From the NCBI GenBank assembly GCA_965215185.1, contig OZ244034.1, forward strand, positions 1,439,569 to 1,503,568: a stretch of 64,000 bases of DNA, given 5' to 3'. The notes under the pieces are model-generated. The model saw only the letters and a program-made list of their open reading frames with translations, had not been told where the DNA came from and did no database searches. Positions 47,843-57,698 of the stretch are shown piece after piece. This DNA is from Acidimicrobiia bacterium. GTDB taxonomy: Bacteria; Actinomycetota; Acidimicrobiia; Spongiisociales; ZC4RG35. Within the stretch, counting starts at the first letter, position 1. Every line of letters starts with the position of its first letter. Both the position numbers and the translations under genes were made by a program.

Positions 47843-50362
47843 ATGATGCATAATACCATGCGGTATGTCAAGCTATTGGTCATTGTCTCGGTGATGGCCC
47901 TCGTGGCGGCCGCCTGTGGAGGTGACGAGCCGGAGGAGGAGACAGTTGCTCCCCCCACTACCCAAGTCCCCGTCACTACTGAAGCCCCTACCGTTGAACC
48001 GACAGAGGAACCAGCCATGGACGGTCAGTTGGTGATTGGTACGTTGTTGCCGGTTACTGGGGACTTGGCTTTCTTGGGTCCACCGGAAGTGGCCGGCGCT
48101 CGGTTGGCTGTGGCCGATATCAACGCGGCGGGTGGTGTGTTCGGCAATGATGTGGTGTTGCATGAGGGGGACTCTGGTGACACCAACCAGGACATCGCCA
48201 ACCCCGAAGTTGACCGGCTTTTGGCCTTGGATGTGGATGCGATCATCGGAGCGGCCAGCTCGGCTGTTTCCAAGCTGGTGATTGACAAGATCACCGGTAA
48301 CAACGTGATCCAGGTTTCCCCGGCCAACACCTCCCCGGACTTCACCACATACGACGACAACGGCCTGTACTTCCGTACGGCCCCCTCCGACTTGTTGCAA
48401 GGTAAGGTCTTGGCGGATCTGGTTGCATCAGAAGGCAACGAGATCGCCGGTGTGATCTTCCGACAGGAGTCCTATGGGCAGGGCCTGGCCGATTCCTTCA
48501 AGGACAACTTCGAGAGCCAGGGCGGCACGGTTGATCCGTTTATCGCCTATGCGCCCGGTACCGATAACTTCGACGCCGAAGTCGATCAGTTGGCGGGAGC
48601 CAGTCCCGACGCGGTCGTGGTGATCGGTTTCCAGGAATCAGCCACCATTTTGGTGACGATGCACGAGCGGGGCATTGGTCCCACTTCTGCCACCAATGTG
48701 TACGGTGTTGACGGAAACATCGGTGGAATCGGTGCTGAGCTTTCCGATCCTTCGATCATCACGGGTATGCGCGGTACTGAACCGTCGGTGGACTTGACTT
48801 CCATCTCGGACTTCACCTCCCGTTTGGAAGGCGCCTACGAGGGTGGTCTGCAAGAGATCTATGCCTACGGTGCGGAGACCTACGACGCGATCGTGATCGT
48901 GGCCTTGGCCGCGCTGGTAGCCAACTCCGACGACCCGGTAGCCATCGGAGCGCAGATCAACGGCGTGACCAAGGACGGCACTAAGTGCACCTCCTTCGCG
49001 GAATGCAAGAACATTATCGAAAGCGGTAGTGATCCCGATTACGACGGAGTAGGCGGACCCTACGAGTTCGTGGAAGCCGGCGAACCAGCCGCAGCCAGCT
49101 TCCGTATCGCCACCTACAGCGGCGGCGACAAACCCGACAGCGCACTCGACGAATACGTCTTCGCCGGCGGCAGCGATGCAGCCATGGACGACATGGAAGA
49201 GATGGCCACCGGTCAGTTGGTGATTGGTACGTTGTTGCCGGTTACTGGGGACTTGGCTTTCTTGGGTCCACCGGAAGTGGCCGGCGCTCGGTTGGCTGTG
49301 GCCGATATCAACGCGGCGGGTGGTGTGTTCGGCAATGATGTGGTGTTGCATGAGGGGGACTCTGGTGACACCAACCAGGACATCGCCAACCCCGAAGTTG
49401 ACCGGCTTTTGGCCTTGGATGTGGATGCGATCATCGGAGCGGCCAGCTCGGCTGTTTCCAAGCTGGTGATTGACAAGATCACCGGTAACAACGTGATCCA
49501 GGTTTCCCCGGCCAACACCTCCCCGGACTTCACCACATACGACGACAACGGCCTGTACTTCCGTACGGCCCCCTCCGACTTGTTGCAAGGTAAGGTCTTG
49601 GCGGATCTGGTTGCATCAGAAGGCAACGAGATCGCCGGTGTGATCTTCCGACAGGAGTCCTATGGGCAGGGCCTGGCCGATTCCTTCAAGGACAACTTCG
49701 AGAGCCAGGGCGGCACGGTTGATCCGTTTATCGCCTATGCGCCCGGTACCGATAACTTCGACGCCGAAGTCGATCAGTTGGCGGGAGCCAGTCCCGACGC
49801 GGTCGTGGTGATCGGTTTCCAGGAATCAGCCACCATTTTGGTGACGATGCACGAGCGGGGCATTGGTCCCACTTCTGCCACCAATGTGTACGGTGTTGAC
49901 GGAAACATCGGTGGAATCGGTGCTGAGCTTTCCGATCCTTCGATCATCACGGGTATGCGCGGTACTGAACCGTCGGTGGACTTGACTTCCATCTCGGACT
50001 TCACCTCCCGTTTGGAAGGCGCCTACGAGGGTGGTCTGCAAGAGATCTATGCCTACGGTGCGGAGACCTACGACGCGATCGTGATCGTGGCCTTGGCCGC
50101 GCTGGTAGCCAACTCCGACGACCCGGTAGCCATCGGAGCGCAGATCAACGGCGTGACCCGGGGCGGCTTCAAGTGCACCTCCTTCGCGGAATGCAAGAAC
50201 ATTATCGAAAGCGGTAGTGATCCCGATTACGACGGAGTAGGCGGACCCTACGAGTTCGTGGAAGCCGGCGAACCAGCCGCAGCCAGCTTCCGTATCGCCA
50301 CCTACAGCGGCGGCGACAAACCCGACAGCGCACTCGACGAATACGTCTTCGCCGGCGGGTAA
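47843..50362 (+). CDS. ABC transporter substrate-binding lipoprotein (Liv/branched-chain amino acid type) with two tandem type-I PBP domains
   Basis: Lipoprotein signal (LVAAACGG); one complete SBP domain (48021..49163) is repeated in frame at 49209..50351 with more than 99% nucleotide identity. Confidence 0.7.
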   Translation: MMHNTMRYVKLLVIVSVMALVAAACGGDEPEEETVAPPTTQVPVTTEAPTVEPTEEPAMDGQLVIGTLLPVTGDLAFLGPPEVAGARLAVADINAAGGVFGNDVVLHEGDSGDTNQDIANPEVDRLLALDVDAIIGAASSAVSKLVIDKITGNNVIQVSPANTSPDFTTYDDNGLYFRTAPSDLLQGKVLADLVASEGNEIAGVIFRQESYGQGLADSFKDNFESQGGTVDPFIAYAPGTDNFDAEVDQLAGASPDAVVVIGFQESATILVTMHERGIGPTSATNVYGVDGNIGGIGAELSDPSIITGMRGTEPSVDLTSISDFTSRLEGAYEGGLQEIYAYGAETYDAIVIVALAALVANSDDPVAIGAQINGVTKDGTKCTSFAECKNIIESGSDPDYDGVGGPYEFVEAGEPAAASFRIATYSGGDKPDSALDEYVFAGGSDAAMDDMEEMATGQLVIGTLLPVTGDLAFLGPPEVAGARLAVADINAAGGVFGNDVVLHEGDSGDTNQDIANPEVDRLLALDVDAIIGAASSAVSKLVIDKITGNNVIQVSPANTSPDFTTYDDNGLYFRTAPSDLLQGKVLADLVASEGNEIAGVIFRQESYGQGLADSFKDNFESQGGTVDPFIAYAPGTDNFDAEVDQLAGASPDAVVVIGFQESATILVTMHERGIGPTSATNVYGVDGNIGGIGAELSDPSIITGMRGTEPSVDLTSISDFTSRLEGAYEGGLQEIYAYGAETYDAIVIVALAALVANSDDPVAIGAQINGVTRGGFKCTSFAECKNIIESGSDPDYDGVGGPYEFVEAGEPAAASFRIATYSGGDKPDSALDEYVFAGG

Positions 50363-50385
50363 TCTGCCCGCTACTCAAACAACCC

Positions 50386-50426
50386 AAGTGGGGGACCGGT
50401 CAACAACCGGTCCCCCACTTTTCTTC
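50386..50426. terminator. Rho-independent terminator (bidirectional hairpin between SBP gene and the convergent livF)
   Basis: aagtgggggaccgg-tcaacaa-ccggtcccccactt followed by TTTCTTC. Confidence 0.7.
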
Positions 50427-50527
50427 TACAGGGGGGATTAATTCTTGTTTCGGGCCAATGCCGTGCAATCGCCTCCTCCCGGCGCCCGGCCGATTGCGAT
50501 TGTCAGACTCAGGTTCGAGTCAGACGA

Positions 50528-51274
50528 TCAACTCCCCCGGGCCAAGGTACCCAGATACAGTTCTATGACCTTGGGATCGGTAAGAAGGTCCTGCCCCCTG
50601 CCTGTATAGGCATTGCGACCATGATCGAGAACATAGCCGCGATGGCAAATCTGCAGGCATCGGTGGGCGTTTTGTTCCACCATGATCACCGCCACTCCCG
50701 AGCGGTTGATATCTCTCGCCCGGGCGAATACCTGGTCTTGGAGAACCGGCGATAAGCCCGCCGAGGGCTCGTCCAACAGCAGTACCTTCGGATTCATCAT
50801 CAGCGCCCGACCCATGGCCAACATCTGCCGCTCACCGCCGGACAGGAGCCCGGCACGCTGACCGAGACGCTCCCCCAACCGCGGGAAAAGTTCCACCACC
50901 CTGTCTATTCGTTCGGTCGCCTTGTGCGGCTGCAGATACGCCCCCATCTCCAGGTTCTCCATCACCGTGAGCGCGGAAAAGACATTGTTGAGTTGCGGTA
51001 CGTAGCCCACTCCCCTGGCCACCAGTTCATGGGCCCGCAGGCCGGTTATGGATTCTCCTCTGAAAAGCACCTCTCCTGAGCGCACCTCCAGCAAGCCGAA
51101 CAGCGACTTCAGCAGGGTGGATTTGCCCGCCCCGTTAGGGCCGATGATCCCGATCATTTCATCGGGGTAGAGAACCAGATCAACCTTTCTGAGAATGTCC
51201 ACTCCGGGCACATAACCGGCCACCAACTGGCGCAACTCCACAAGAGGCTGGTCTGATACGTTGGGTTCGCTCAT
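50528..51274 (-). CDS. livF: Branched-chain amino acid ABC transporter ATP-binding protein
   Basis: Walker A GPNGAGKST, signature LSGGERQ and Walker B LLLDEP. Confidence 0.8.
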   Translation of the reverse strand: MSEPNVSDQPLVELRQLVAGYVPGVDILRKVDLVLYPDEMIGIIGPNGAGKSTLLKSLFGLLEVRSGEVLFRGESITGLRAHELVARGVGYVPQLNNVFSALTVMENLEMGAYLQPHKATERIDRVVELFPRLGERLGQRAGLLSGGERQMLAMGRALMMNPKVLLLDEPSAGLSPVLQDQVFARARDINRSGVAVIMVEQNAHRCLQICHRGYVLDHGRNAYTGRGQDLLTDPKVIELYLGTLARGS

Positions 51275-52134
51275 CAGCCTTCCGCTCCGTCAGCTTCTAT
51301 GGATTCTTGGCCCGAGCCCAGATAGGCATCAATCACCGCTTGGTTCTTCCCAATGGATTCGGGGGATCCCTCTGCGATAACCCCCCCTTCCGCCATCACT
51401 ACCACCCAGTCGGAGATATCCCACACCACATCCATATCATGTTCCACGAAAATCACGGAGATGCCTTCCTCGGGAAGCCTTTTGACATGTTCCAACAGCG
51501 ATTGGGTGAGGGCAGGGTTCACTCCCGCCACCGGCTCGTCCAACATCACCACCGCCGGGGAGGCCATCAAGGCCCGGGCCATCTCCAAGAGTTTGCGTTG
51601 GCCACCGGAGAGGGTGCCGGAGTACTCCGTCTCCATGCGACCCAGCGAAAACCTCTGCAATAACACCCGGGCCCGCTCTTCGATGGCATCTTCTTGCGAT
51701 CTCCAAAGAAACGGCAGCAGGGATTGGAGAAACCTCTCGCCGATCTGTTCCTTGGCGCCCAGCTTCATATTCTCCATCACCGACAGCTTGGTGAGAGCCT
51801 TGGTGAGCTGAAAGGTCCGGACCATTCCCTCCCGGGCCCGTGCGTGTGATTTCAGCCGCTCCACGTCCTTACCGTTGAAAAACACCGATCCGCTGTTGGG
51901 ACGGTCGAACCCCGTGAGCAGGTTGAAGAAAGTGGTTTTGCCGGCTCCGTTGGGACCGATCAGCGCAGTTATCACCCCCCGCTGGATTTCCAGATGCTCA
52001 ACGTTCACCGCCACCAAACCCCCGAAGGCGCGGCGCATGTTGTCGACCACCAGAATGGGATCGGGCTTTGCCACACCCGGGACATGCGGCACTTCAGCAA
52101 GAGGATGAGAAACAATCGCGCCGTCAGCGGACAT
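51274..52134 (-). CDS. livG: Branched-chain amino acid ABC transporter ATP-binding protein
   Basis: Walker A GPNGAGKTT, signature LSGGQRK and Walker B VMLDEP. Confidence 0.8.
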   Translation of the reverse strand: MSADGAIVSHPLAEVPHVPGVAKPDPILVVDNMRRAFGGLVAVNVEHLEIQRGVITALIGPNGAGKTTFFNLLTGFDRPNSGSVFFNGKDVERLKSHARAREGMVRTFQLTKALTKLSVMENMKLGAKEQIGERFLQSLLPFLWRSQEDAIEERARVLLQRFSLGRMETEYSGTLSGGQRKLLEMARALMASPAVVMLDEPVAGVNPALTQSLLEHVKRLPEEGISVIFVEHDMDVVWDISDWVVVMAEGGVIAEGSPESIGKNQAVIDAYLGSGQESIEADGAEG

Positions 52135-53134
52135 CCAGCATCATCTCCTCTCTCGACCCGAAGATTCCCTGTGGTCGGAAGATCATTAGCAGAGCCAGCC
52201 CCACCCCCACCAGCATAAAGCGTATCTGGCTTACCTGGCTGGTGTCCATTAGAGCGGTGGGAATCAATCCCTCGTTCACCATGGCAGTCAGGGTTCCCTG
52301 GAAGAAGGTGAGCATCGCCCAAAAGATCATGGCGCCCACTACGGGTGACCAGATGCGACCCACCCCGCCCAGGATCAACACTGTCCAGAAGAAGAAAGTG
52401 TAAGCGGGGACGAAAGAGTCGGGCTGGATCGTGGCTTTACCGACAGCCTGCACCATACCCGCCAAACCTCCTATTACCCCACCCAGAATGAGGGCCTGCA
52501 ATTTGTACCAATAGGCGTTCTTACCAAGCGCCCGGGCAGCGTCCTCGTCCTCCCGGATAGCCTTCACTACTCTCCCCCAGGGGCTGCGCATCAATTGCCA
52601 GATAGCAAACAGCGCCACTGCTGTGACCGTCCAGCCCAACAGAATGGCAAAGAACTGGTTACCCCCGAACTGGATGGGACCGATCCCGTATTCGGAACTG
52701 GGATCAAACGGATTCAACTCCCGGAAAGGTCCGATGAAGGCGTGCAGTCCCTCGGCGCCACGGGTGATATCAGCCAAGGTGGTCGAACGGGCCAGCAGGC
52801 GCACTATCTCGGCAGCGGCGATGGTGACAATGGCCAGATAGTCGCCTCGAAGTCGGAGGGTGGGCACACCCAGGATGAGAGCGAAAGCGGTGGCAAAACC
52901 CATCCCGACCAGCACCGCCACGAAAGGGTTCAAATGCCACAGGGTGACGGACAACCCCATCCCGTAGGCACCCATGGCCACAAAACCGACCTGTCCGAAG
53001 TTGAGCAACCCGGCGTATCCAAAGTGAACGTTGAGTCCCACCGCCGCCAGTGCGTAAACGGCTGCCTCCAGACCCACCGATGTTTCCAGCGTTTGGATGA
53101 AAATGAAACCCCAATCGATCGCAGCAAAAGTCAT
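52124..53134 (-). CDS. livM: Branched-chain amino acid ABC transporter permease
   Basis: Polytopic permease layout immediately downstream of the second permease gene. Confidence 0.7.
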   Translation of the reverse strand: MTFAAIDWGFIFIQTLETSVGLEAAVYALAAVGLNVHFGYAGLLNFGQVGFVAMGAYGMGLSVTLWHLNPFVAVLVGMGFATAFALILGVPTLRLRGDYLAIVTIAAAEIVRLLARSTTLADITRGAEGLHAFIGPFRELNPFDPSSEYGIGPIQFGGNQFFAILLGWTVTAVALFAIWQLMRSPWGRVVKAIREDEDAARALGKNAYWYKLQALILGGVIGGLAGMVQAVGKATIQPDSFVPAYTFFFWTVLILGGVGRIWSPVVGAMIFWAMLTFFQGTLTAMVNEGLIPTALMDTSQVSQIRFMLVGVGLALLMIFRPQGIFGSREEMMLDVR

Positions 53135-53136
53135 AG

Positions 53137-54504
53137 CTACCCGAACCGTTCTCTCTTACCCAACAGACCTTGCGGGCGCAGAACAAGGACCACCGCCAAT
53201 ACCAGTAATGCGCCTATGTTCTTCAACTCCACCGGGATAAAGAGCGTCGAGAGTTGAATGCCAATCCCCACCAAGAGACACCCCAGCAGGGCGCCGTAGG
53301 CAGTTCCCAGACCGCCCAGCACCACCCCGGCGAAGATCAAGAGCAACATTCTGAATCCGATCAGCCAACTCAACTGCTCGGCCAGCCCGATGAACACCCC
53401 TCCCAGTCCGGCCAAGCCACCCGCTCCTATCCACACTATCCGTATAACCCGCTGAACATTGATCCCCGAGGATTCGGCTAAGTCGCGATTGTCCGCCACC
53501 GCCCGCATCGCCTTGCCCGTCCGAGTGCGCTGCAGGAACAATCCCACTGCGATCAGGATGAATACCGAAAGCACCACAGTGATCAGGTCCTTGGGCGTTA
53601 TCTCGATTATCCAGATCTTCAAAGCGCTCTGGGCGGAGTAGTCCTTGAAGAACCGGAGATTCCCCCCGAAGATGAATAAAAAGACGTACCGGGCCAGGAT
53701 GGAGAGGCCGATTGTCACCACCATCTGGGCAATCAGGCTCGTTCCCCGGGCCCGCAACGGACTGAATACCCACCGGTCCATGAAATATCCACTGGTGGCG
53801 CCCACTATCACGGCCATTGCCGCCGCCAGGATCAGGTTCATTCCCTGACCGAAGGGCGGCCACCACCCCGCCATGAACCCAAAGGCTCCGGCCAGGCCGT
53901 AGAAATTGAAGAAATAGGCGGAGAGCATTCCCCAGGTGACCATCTCGCCGTGAGCGAAGTTGACCAGTCCGGTGGTTCCAAACACCAGGGATAGCCCAAT
54001 AGCGGCCATACCCAGGAATAGCCCCAATTTGATGCCCTCGGTAGTGAGTTGCGCTACTCGTCGAAGAGAGATTGCGCTACTGTCTTCCACCACCACCGAC
54101 TCTCCGCTTGTCAAAGAGAATATCGCCCTGCCGTCCCGGCCCTCCAACACCTCCACCTCGACCCTGGTCCGATCTGTCTCTCGCAACTCGATACCTGCGG
54201 GGAGGGTGCTGACATTGATGCTCACCACATATACCGCCGGCCCAGAGACCGGTATCTCGAATGTCCCCTCTGCGTCGGTGGTTCCCGACCCAACTTCGAT
54301 CCCTTCCAGGGTGCTGACCGAGATCCCCACCCCTTCCACCGGCACGCGGTCTCCCTCCGCGTTCTCGTAGCGCAGCCGTGTCCCCACCGTCTCCGATGAT
54401 TGTCCCAACGCCGGGACCGCCACGAATAACGCAATCCCCACCAGGATGAGAACGCCTATCGCCCTCCGGCGGACCGAACCTTCCGTCACTGCACCATGCC
54501 TCAC
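53137..54504 (-). CDS. livH: Branched-chain amino acid ABC transporter permease with about 150-aa N-terminal extracytoplasmic extension
   Basis: LivH-like body (NFAHGEM...); N-terminus has a signal/TM and a beta-rich domain (TDAEGTFEIPVSGPAVYVVSINV). Confidence 0.65.
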   Translation of the reverse strand: MRHGAVTEGSVRRRAIGVLILVGIALFVAVPALGQSSETVGTRLRYENAEGDRVPVEGVGISVSTLEGIEVGSGTTDAEGTFEIPVSGPAVYVVSINVSTLPAGIELRETDRTRVEVEVLEGRDGRAIFSLTSGESVVVEDSSAISLRRVAQLTTEGIKLGLFLGMAAIGLSLVFGTTGLVNFAHGEMVTWGMLSAYFFNFYGLAGAFGFMAGWWPPFGQGMNLILAAAMAVIVGATSGYFMDRWVFSPLRARGTSLIAQMVVTIGLSILARYVFLFIFGGNLRFFKDYSAQSALKIWIIEITPKDLITVVLSVFILIAVGLFLQRTRTGKAMRAVADNRDLAESSGINVQRVIRIVWIGAGGLAGLGGVFIGLAEQLSWLIGFRMLLLIFAGVVLGGLGTAYGALLGCLLVGIGIQLSTLFIPVELKNIGALLVLAVVLVLRPQGLLGKRERFG

Positions 54505-54568
54505 AGAACTAACCGGGTATTCCCTACATAACCCTAGAGCCCACCCTTGCAGTTGTGTAGGTTTATCG

Positions 54569-55588
54569 CTATATCAAATCCTGCTGGCGAATCCCATAGG
54601 AGGGATGGCGCAACCGACACAATGCCAACTTCTCCAGCTGCCGGATTCTCTCCCGAGTCAACTGGAAGTGGCCGCCGATTTCGTCCAGACCCTTGGGTAT
54701 CCCATCTTCCAGGCCGTATCGCAGTTCCATGATCTTGCGTTCCCGATCGGGCAGTTTCTTGATGGAGTTGCGCATAGCTATCGCCACGCTGGTGGCCTCG
54801 GCAATAGCTGCCGGATCGTCGGCATCCCCGTCTTCGATGAAATCACCCCGCTGCGCGCCATCCTCCCCAACCGGCTCCTCCAAGGAGACGGTGTCCGAAA
54901 GCACCAACGCCTGCTCCACATGGTCGATACGGATGCCCGTCTCCCGCGATATCTCCTCGGGGTTGGGCATGCGACCGAGTTTGCCCTTCAGAATCCCCTG
55001 AGCCAACCGGACTTTGGCCAAGGTGTCGTGCAGGTGAGCGGGGATGCGCACGGTGCGAGACTTGTCGGCGATAGCCCGGGTTATGGCTTGCTTTATCCAC
55101 CAGGTGGCGTAGGTTGAGAACTTGAACCCCTTGCGCCAATCGAATTTTTCCACCGCCCGGATCAAGCCGAGATTTCCTTCTTGGACCAGGTCCAAGAAAT
55201 CGATTCCCCTCACTCCCTGATAGCGACGGGCGTTGTGCACCACCAATCGCAAATTGGCCTGCACAAACTGGTTTTTAGCGTTTTCTCCCCTACGCTTCTG
55301 CTTTTGCAGAACTCTCTTCTCGGAAGCGGTCTCGTATTCGCCCGCCTCCAGCTTTGCTTCGGCTTGACGGCCTCCCTCCATCAACTGAGCCAACTCCACT
55401 TCCTGTTGGGCGTCCAGCAGGTCGGTCTCACTGATCGCTGACAGATACTGGGCTACCAGGTCGGAGGTAAGTCGGCCGCGCTCATCAGTTATCTGATCGG
55501 TGAGGCGCACCCGTCGTTGTCCCTTGGCCTCGGGCCGCCCTCGCTTGACAGAAGCTCGGGTAGCTACAGACGCGTTTCGGTGAATCAT
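54569..55588 (-). CDS. RNA polymerase sigma-70 family factor (group 1/2, SigB-like)
   Basis: Regions 2-4 conserved: [50 protein letters not shown]. Confidence 0.8.
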   Translation of the reverse strand: MIHRNASVATRASVKRGRPEAKGQRRVRLTDQITDERGRLTSDLVAQYLSAISETDLLDAQQEVELAQLMEGGRQAEAKLEAGEYETASEKRVLQKQKRRGENAKNQFVQANLRLVVHNARRYQGVRGIDFLDLVQEGNLGLIRAVEKFDWRKGFKFSTYATWWIKQAITRAIADKSRTVRIPAHLHDTLAKVRLAQGILKGKLGRMPNPEEISRETGIRIDHVEQALVLSDTVSLEEPVGEDGAQRGDFIEDGDADDPAAIAEATSVAIAMRNSIKKLPDRERKIMELRYGLEDGIPKGLDEIGGHFQLTRERIRQLEKLALCRLRHPSYGIRQQDLI

Positions 55589-55665
55589 AAGGGTGTTTTT
55601 CTAATCAGCAAATAGATCCTTTTCCTTACTATGTCACAAAAACCATAGATCGGGAACCCCCTTTT

Positions 55666-56646
55666 TCAAATTTGGCGAGGTTCTATGTCCAATAGAAGCA
55701 TTAACTCCCACACGCGCCTTTCTATTTCGTCCCGGGCTCTTCTCATTTCCTCAATGCCCTTCCCCGCTGGCGACTCCATCTGCCAACGCATGTAGCGCTT
55801 GTTCGCCGCCACCGGATGCTGCTCCTCCCCGATGTTCACCACCACCTCGGCCGATGCGACCATGGCCGCATTGAGTCGAACCGGTTTCGCCCCACCGATG
55901 TCTACTCCTCGCTCGGCCAGGACCGCCACCGCCCTCGGGTCCACTCTCGAGGCGAGCGCCGATCCTGCGCTGAACACTTTCACCGGCCGGCCGGACATGG
56001 CGCGGAGCAGGGCGGCGGCCATTTGGGAACAGTCGGCGTCTTGGGCGGCTATGAACAGTACCGAAGGGGCCTTGTATGACGGGGCGGAGTAGGGCTTGTG
56101 TCCCTCCTCCTCGAGAAACTGCTCAAATCGACGTCGAGCCCTCAGCATCGCAACTCTTATCGAGCCTTCTCGCTTGAACAGCCTGCCACCAAGCTCTGCA
56201 TAGGAAAGACCTTCCACCTCCCGTAGCCAAAGCAGTTCTCGATCTTTGGGACCCAGGCGGCCGTAGGCGCGGCGCACCGTCCGAAAGTCCTCTTGGTCCA
56301 AAGCGTGCTCATCGGGAAGTATGTGGGTTGTCTCCAGTTCGGGTGCGGGAAGTGGCCGGTGGCGCCTTCGCAGGTAATCGTGGAATTTGGAGCGGGCCAC
56401 TCTCCAAAACCAGGCCTCGAAGGCTTGCGGTGACCTGAGGCGGCCAATGGAACGGATAATGGACTCGCAGGTATCACTCGCCACATCTTCTGCATCCGCC
56501 AGGTTTAAACCCTGGCCCCGAAAGAAAGCCACCAGTCGGGGTAACCCCTTGGTGAGGATGGCCGCAAGAGCGGCCTGATCGCCGTCCCGGGCGGCAGTGG
56601 CCTCGGATAGAGGGGGAGGCCAGACGGAGGAGTCCGTGGGCACCAT
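55666..56646 (-). CDS. ECF sigma factor fused to a C-terminal degenerate LMW-PTP/ArsC-like domain
   Basis: ECF region 2 (FEAWFWRVARSKFHDYLRRR) and region 4 (LSYAELGGRLFKREGSIRVAMLRAR); C-terminal 135 aa align to ArsC/LMW-PTP but the P-loop is AAQDADCS in place of CTGNSCRS. Confidence 0.65.
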   Translation of the reverse strand: MVPTDSSVWPPPLSEATAARDGDQAALAAILTKGLPRLVAFFRGQGLNLADAEDVASDTCESIIRSIGRLRSPQAFEAWFWRVARSKFHDYLRRRHRPLPAPELETTHILPDEHALDQEDFRTVRRAYGRLGPKDRELLWLREVEGLSYAELGGRLFKREGSIRVAMLRARRRFEQFLEEEGHKPYSAPSYKAPSVLFIAAQDADCSQMAAALLRAMSGRPVKVFSAGSALASRVDPRAVAVLAERGVDIGGAKPVRLNAAMVASAEVVVNIGEEQHPVAANKRYMRWQMESPAGKGIEEMRRARDEIERRVWELMLLLDIEPRQI

Positions 56647-56673
56647 TCGATCTTAAGCTATTACCTTGAAACT

Positions 56674-57636
56674 TCAGGTTCGGGTAATGACCTCGGTATC
56701 GGGAGATCGGAAGCCGTCTTTAGGCGCCGCTTCGTCCTCAGTCCTACCCACCACCAGTGTCATCTTCATCATCGTCGGGCGGCAAGATGATACTCGGCTC
56801 GTCATGGTATTCGAGGATGGGCGTTGTTGCGATTCTTGCGTTTTCAGCAGCCTCGGCAAGTTCCTCGGGATCCGCCGACAGGAGTTCCTCCACTTCGACC
56901 CTGAGAATTTGGCCGAGTTCCTCAATGGTGGGCTGCGGATCGGATACAGCGGGCTGCGAAATCGTTGTGCCCTGTTGGGGATCCTCTCCGTCATCTTTTG
57001 GTGGATCAGTGGCGGGTGGAGATCTGTGGACGACTCGCCCCCCGGGTAGGTGCCTTGCTCGGGGGGAACAGCCCCCCTCACAGTTGTGGACGTGGTCGGA
57101 GTCCCGCCAGCCTCGGCCACGGTAGTGGGCGGTGAGGAGACGTCTTCAGTCGTTCCGCCGGTGCCCGCAGAGCCCGGCATAGCGGCGAGGGCGCTGACCA
57201 CCACCTCCGCTGCCTGCAGTTCCTTTTGCTGGTCGATCAGATCCAGGGCTTCCATCAGTCTTTCCTTGGATATGGTGGGGACCCCGGCTGTGGGCCCCTC
57301 AGAAATAACCGCGTCCGGCGCGGTGCCGGACGCCACAGGAGGCTGGGGATCAGAAACCTGCGAACCGGAGTCAGAGTTCCCGACAATTAACACTAACCCC
57401 ACCGCCAGCACACCGGCGGCCAACGCCAAGCTCGGCGCCAGCAGTCTTATGGCCTTGCTGTGGGAGGGGCGGGCGCTAGCCCGAGCCATGGCACGGGACA
57501 CTAACTGTTCGGCCCGTGCCGAGCCTATTTCATCCCGATAGGATTGGGCAATAGCCCTGAGAGCCTCTCCGGACCGATCCGGTGTATTCATTTTCCTTCC
57601 AACCCGCTTACTCACCAAGACGCTGAGAAGCCCCAA
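56674..57636 (-). CDS. Putative membrane-anchored anti-sigma factor
   Basis: Directly downstream of the ECF sigma gene; single TM (LLAPSLALAAGVLAVGLVLIV); Pro/Thr-rich extracytoplasmic tail. Confidence 0.4.
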   Translation of the reverse strand: MGLLSVLVSKRVGRKMNTPDRSGEALRAIAQSYRDEIGSARAEQLVSRAMARASARPSHSKAIRLLAPSLALAAGVLAVGLVLIVGNSDSGSQVSDPQPPVASGTAPDAVISEGPTAGVPTISKERLMEALDLIDQQKELQAAEVVVSALAAMPGSAGTGGTTEDVSSPPTTVAEAGGTPTTSTTVRGAVPPEQGTYPGGESSTDLHPPLIHQKMTERIPNRAQRFRSPLYPIRSPPLRNSAKFSGSKWRNSCRRIPRNLPRLLKTQESQQRPSSNTMTSRVSSCRPTMMKMTLVVGRTEDEAAPKDGFRSPDTEVITRT

Positions 57637-57698
57637 GCGTTACGGAATCGTCGTGCAACGCGTCTACACCGGTTTTCAATCAGCTAATCTAGCCATTT

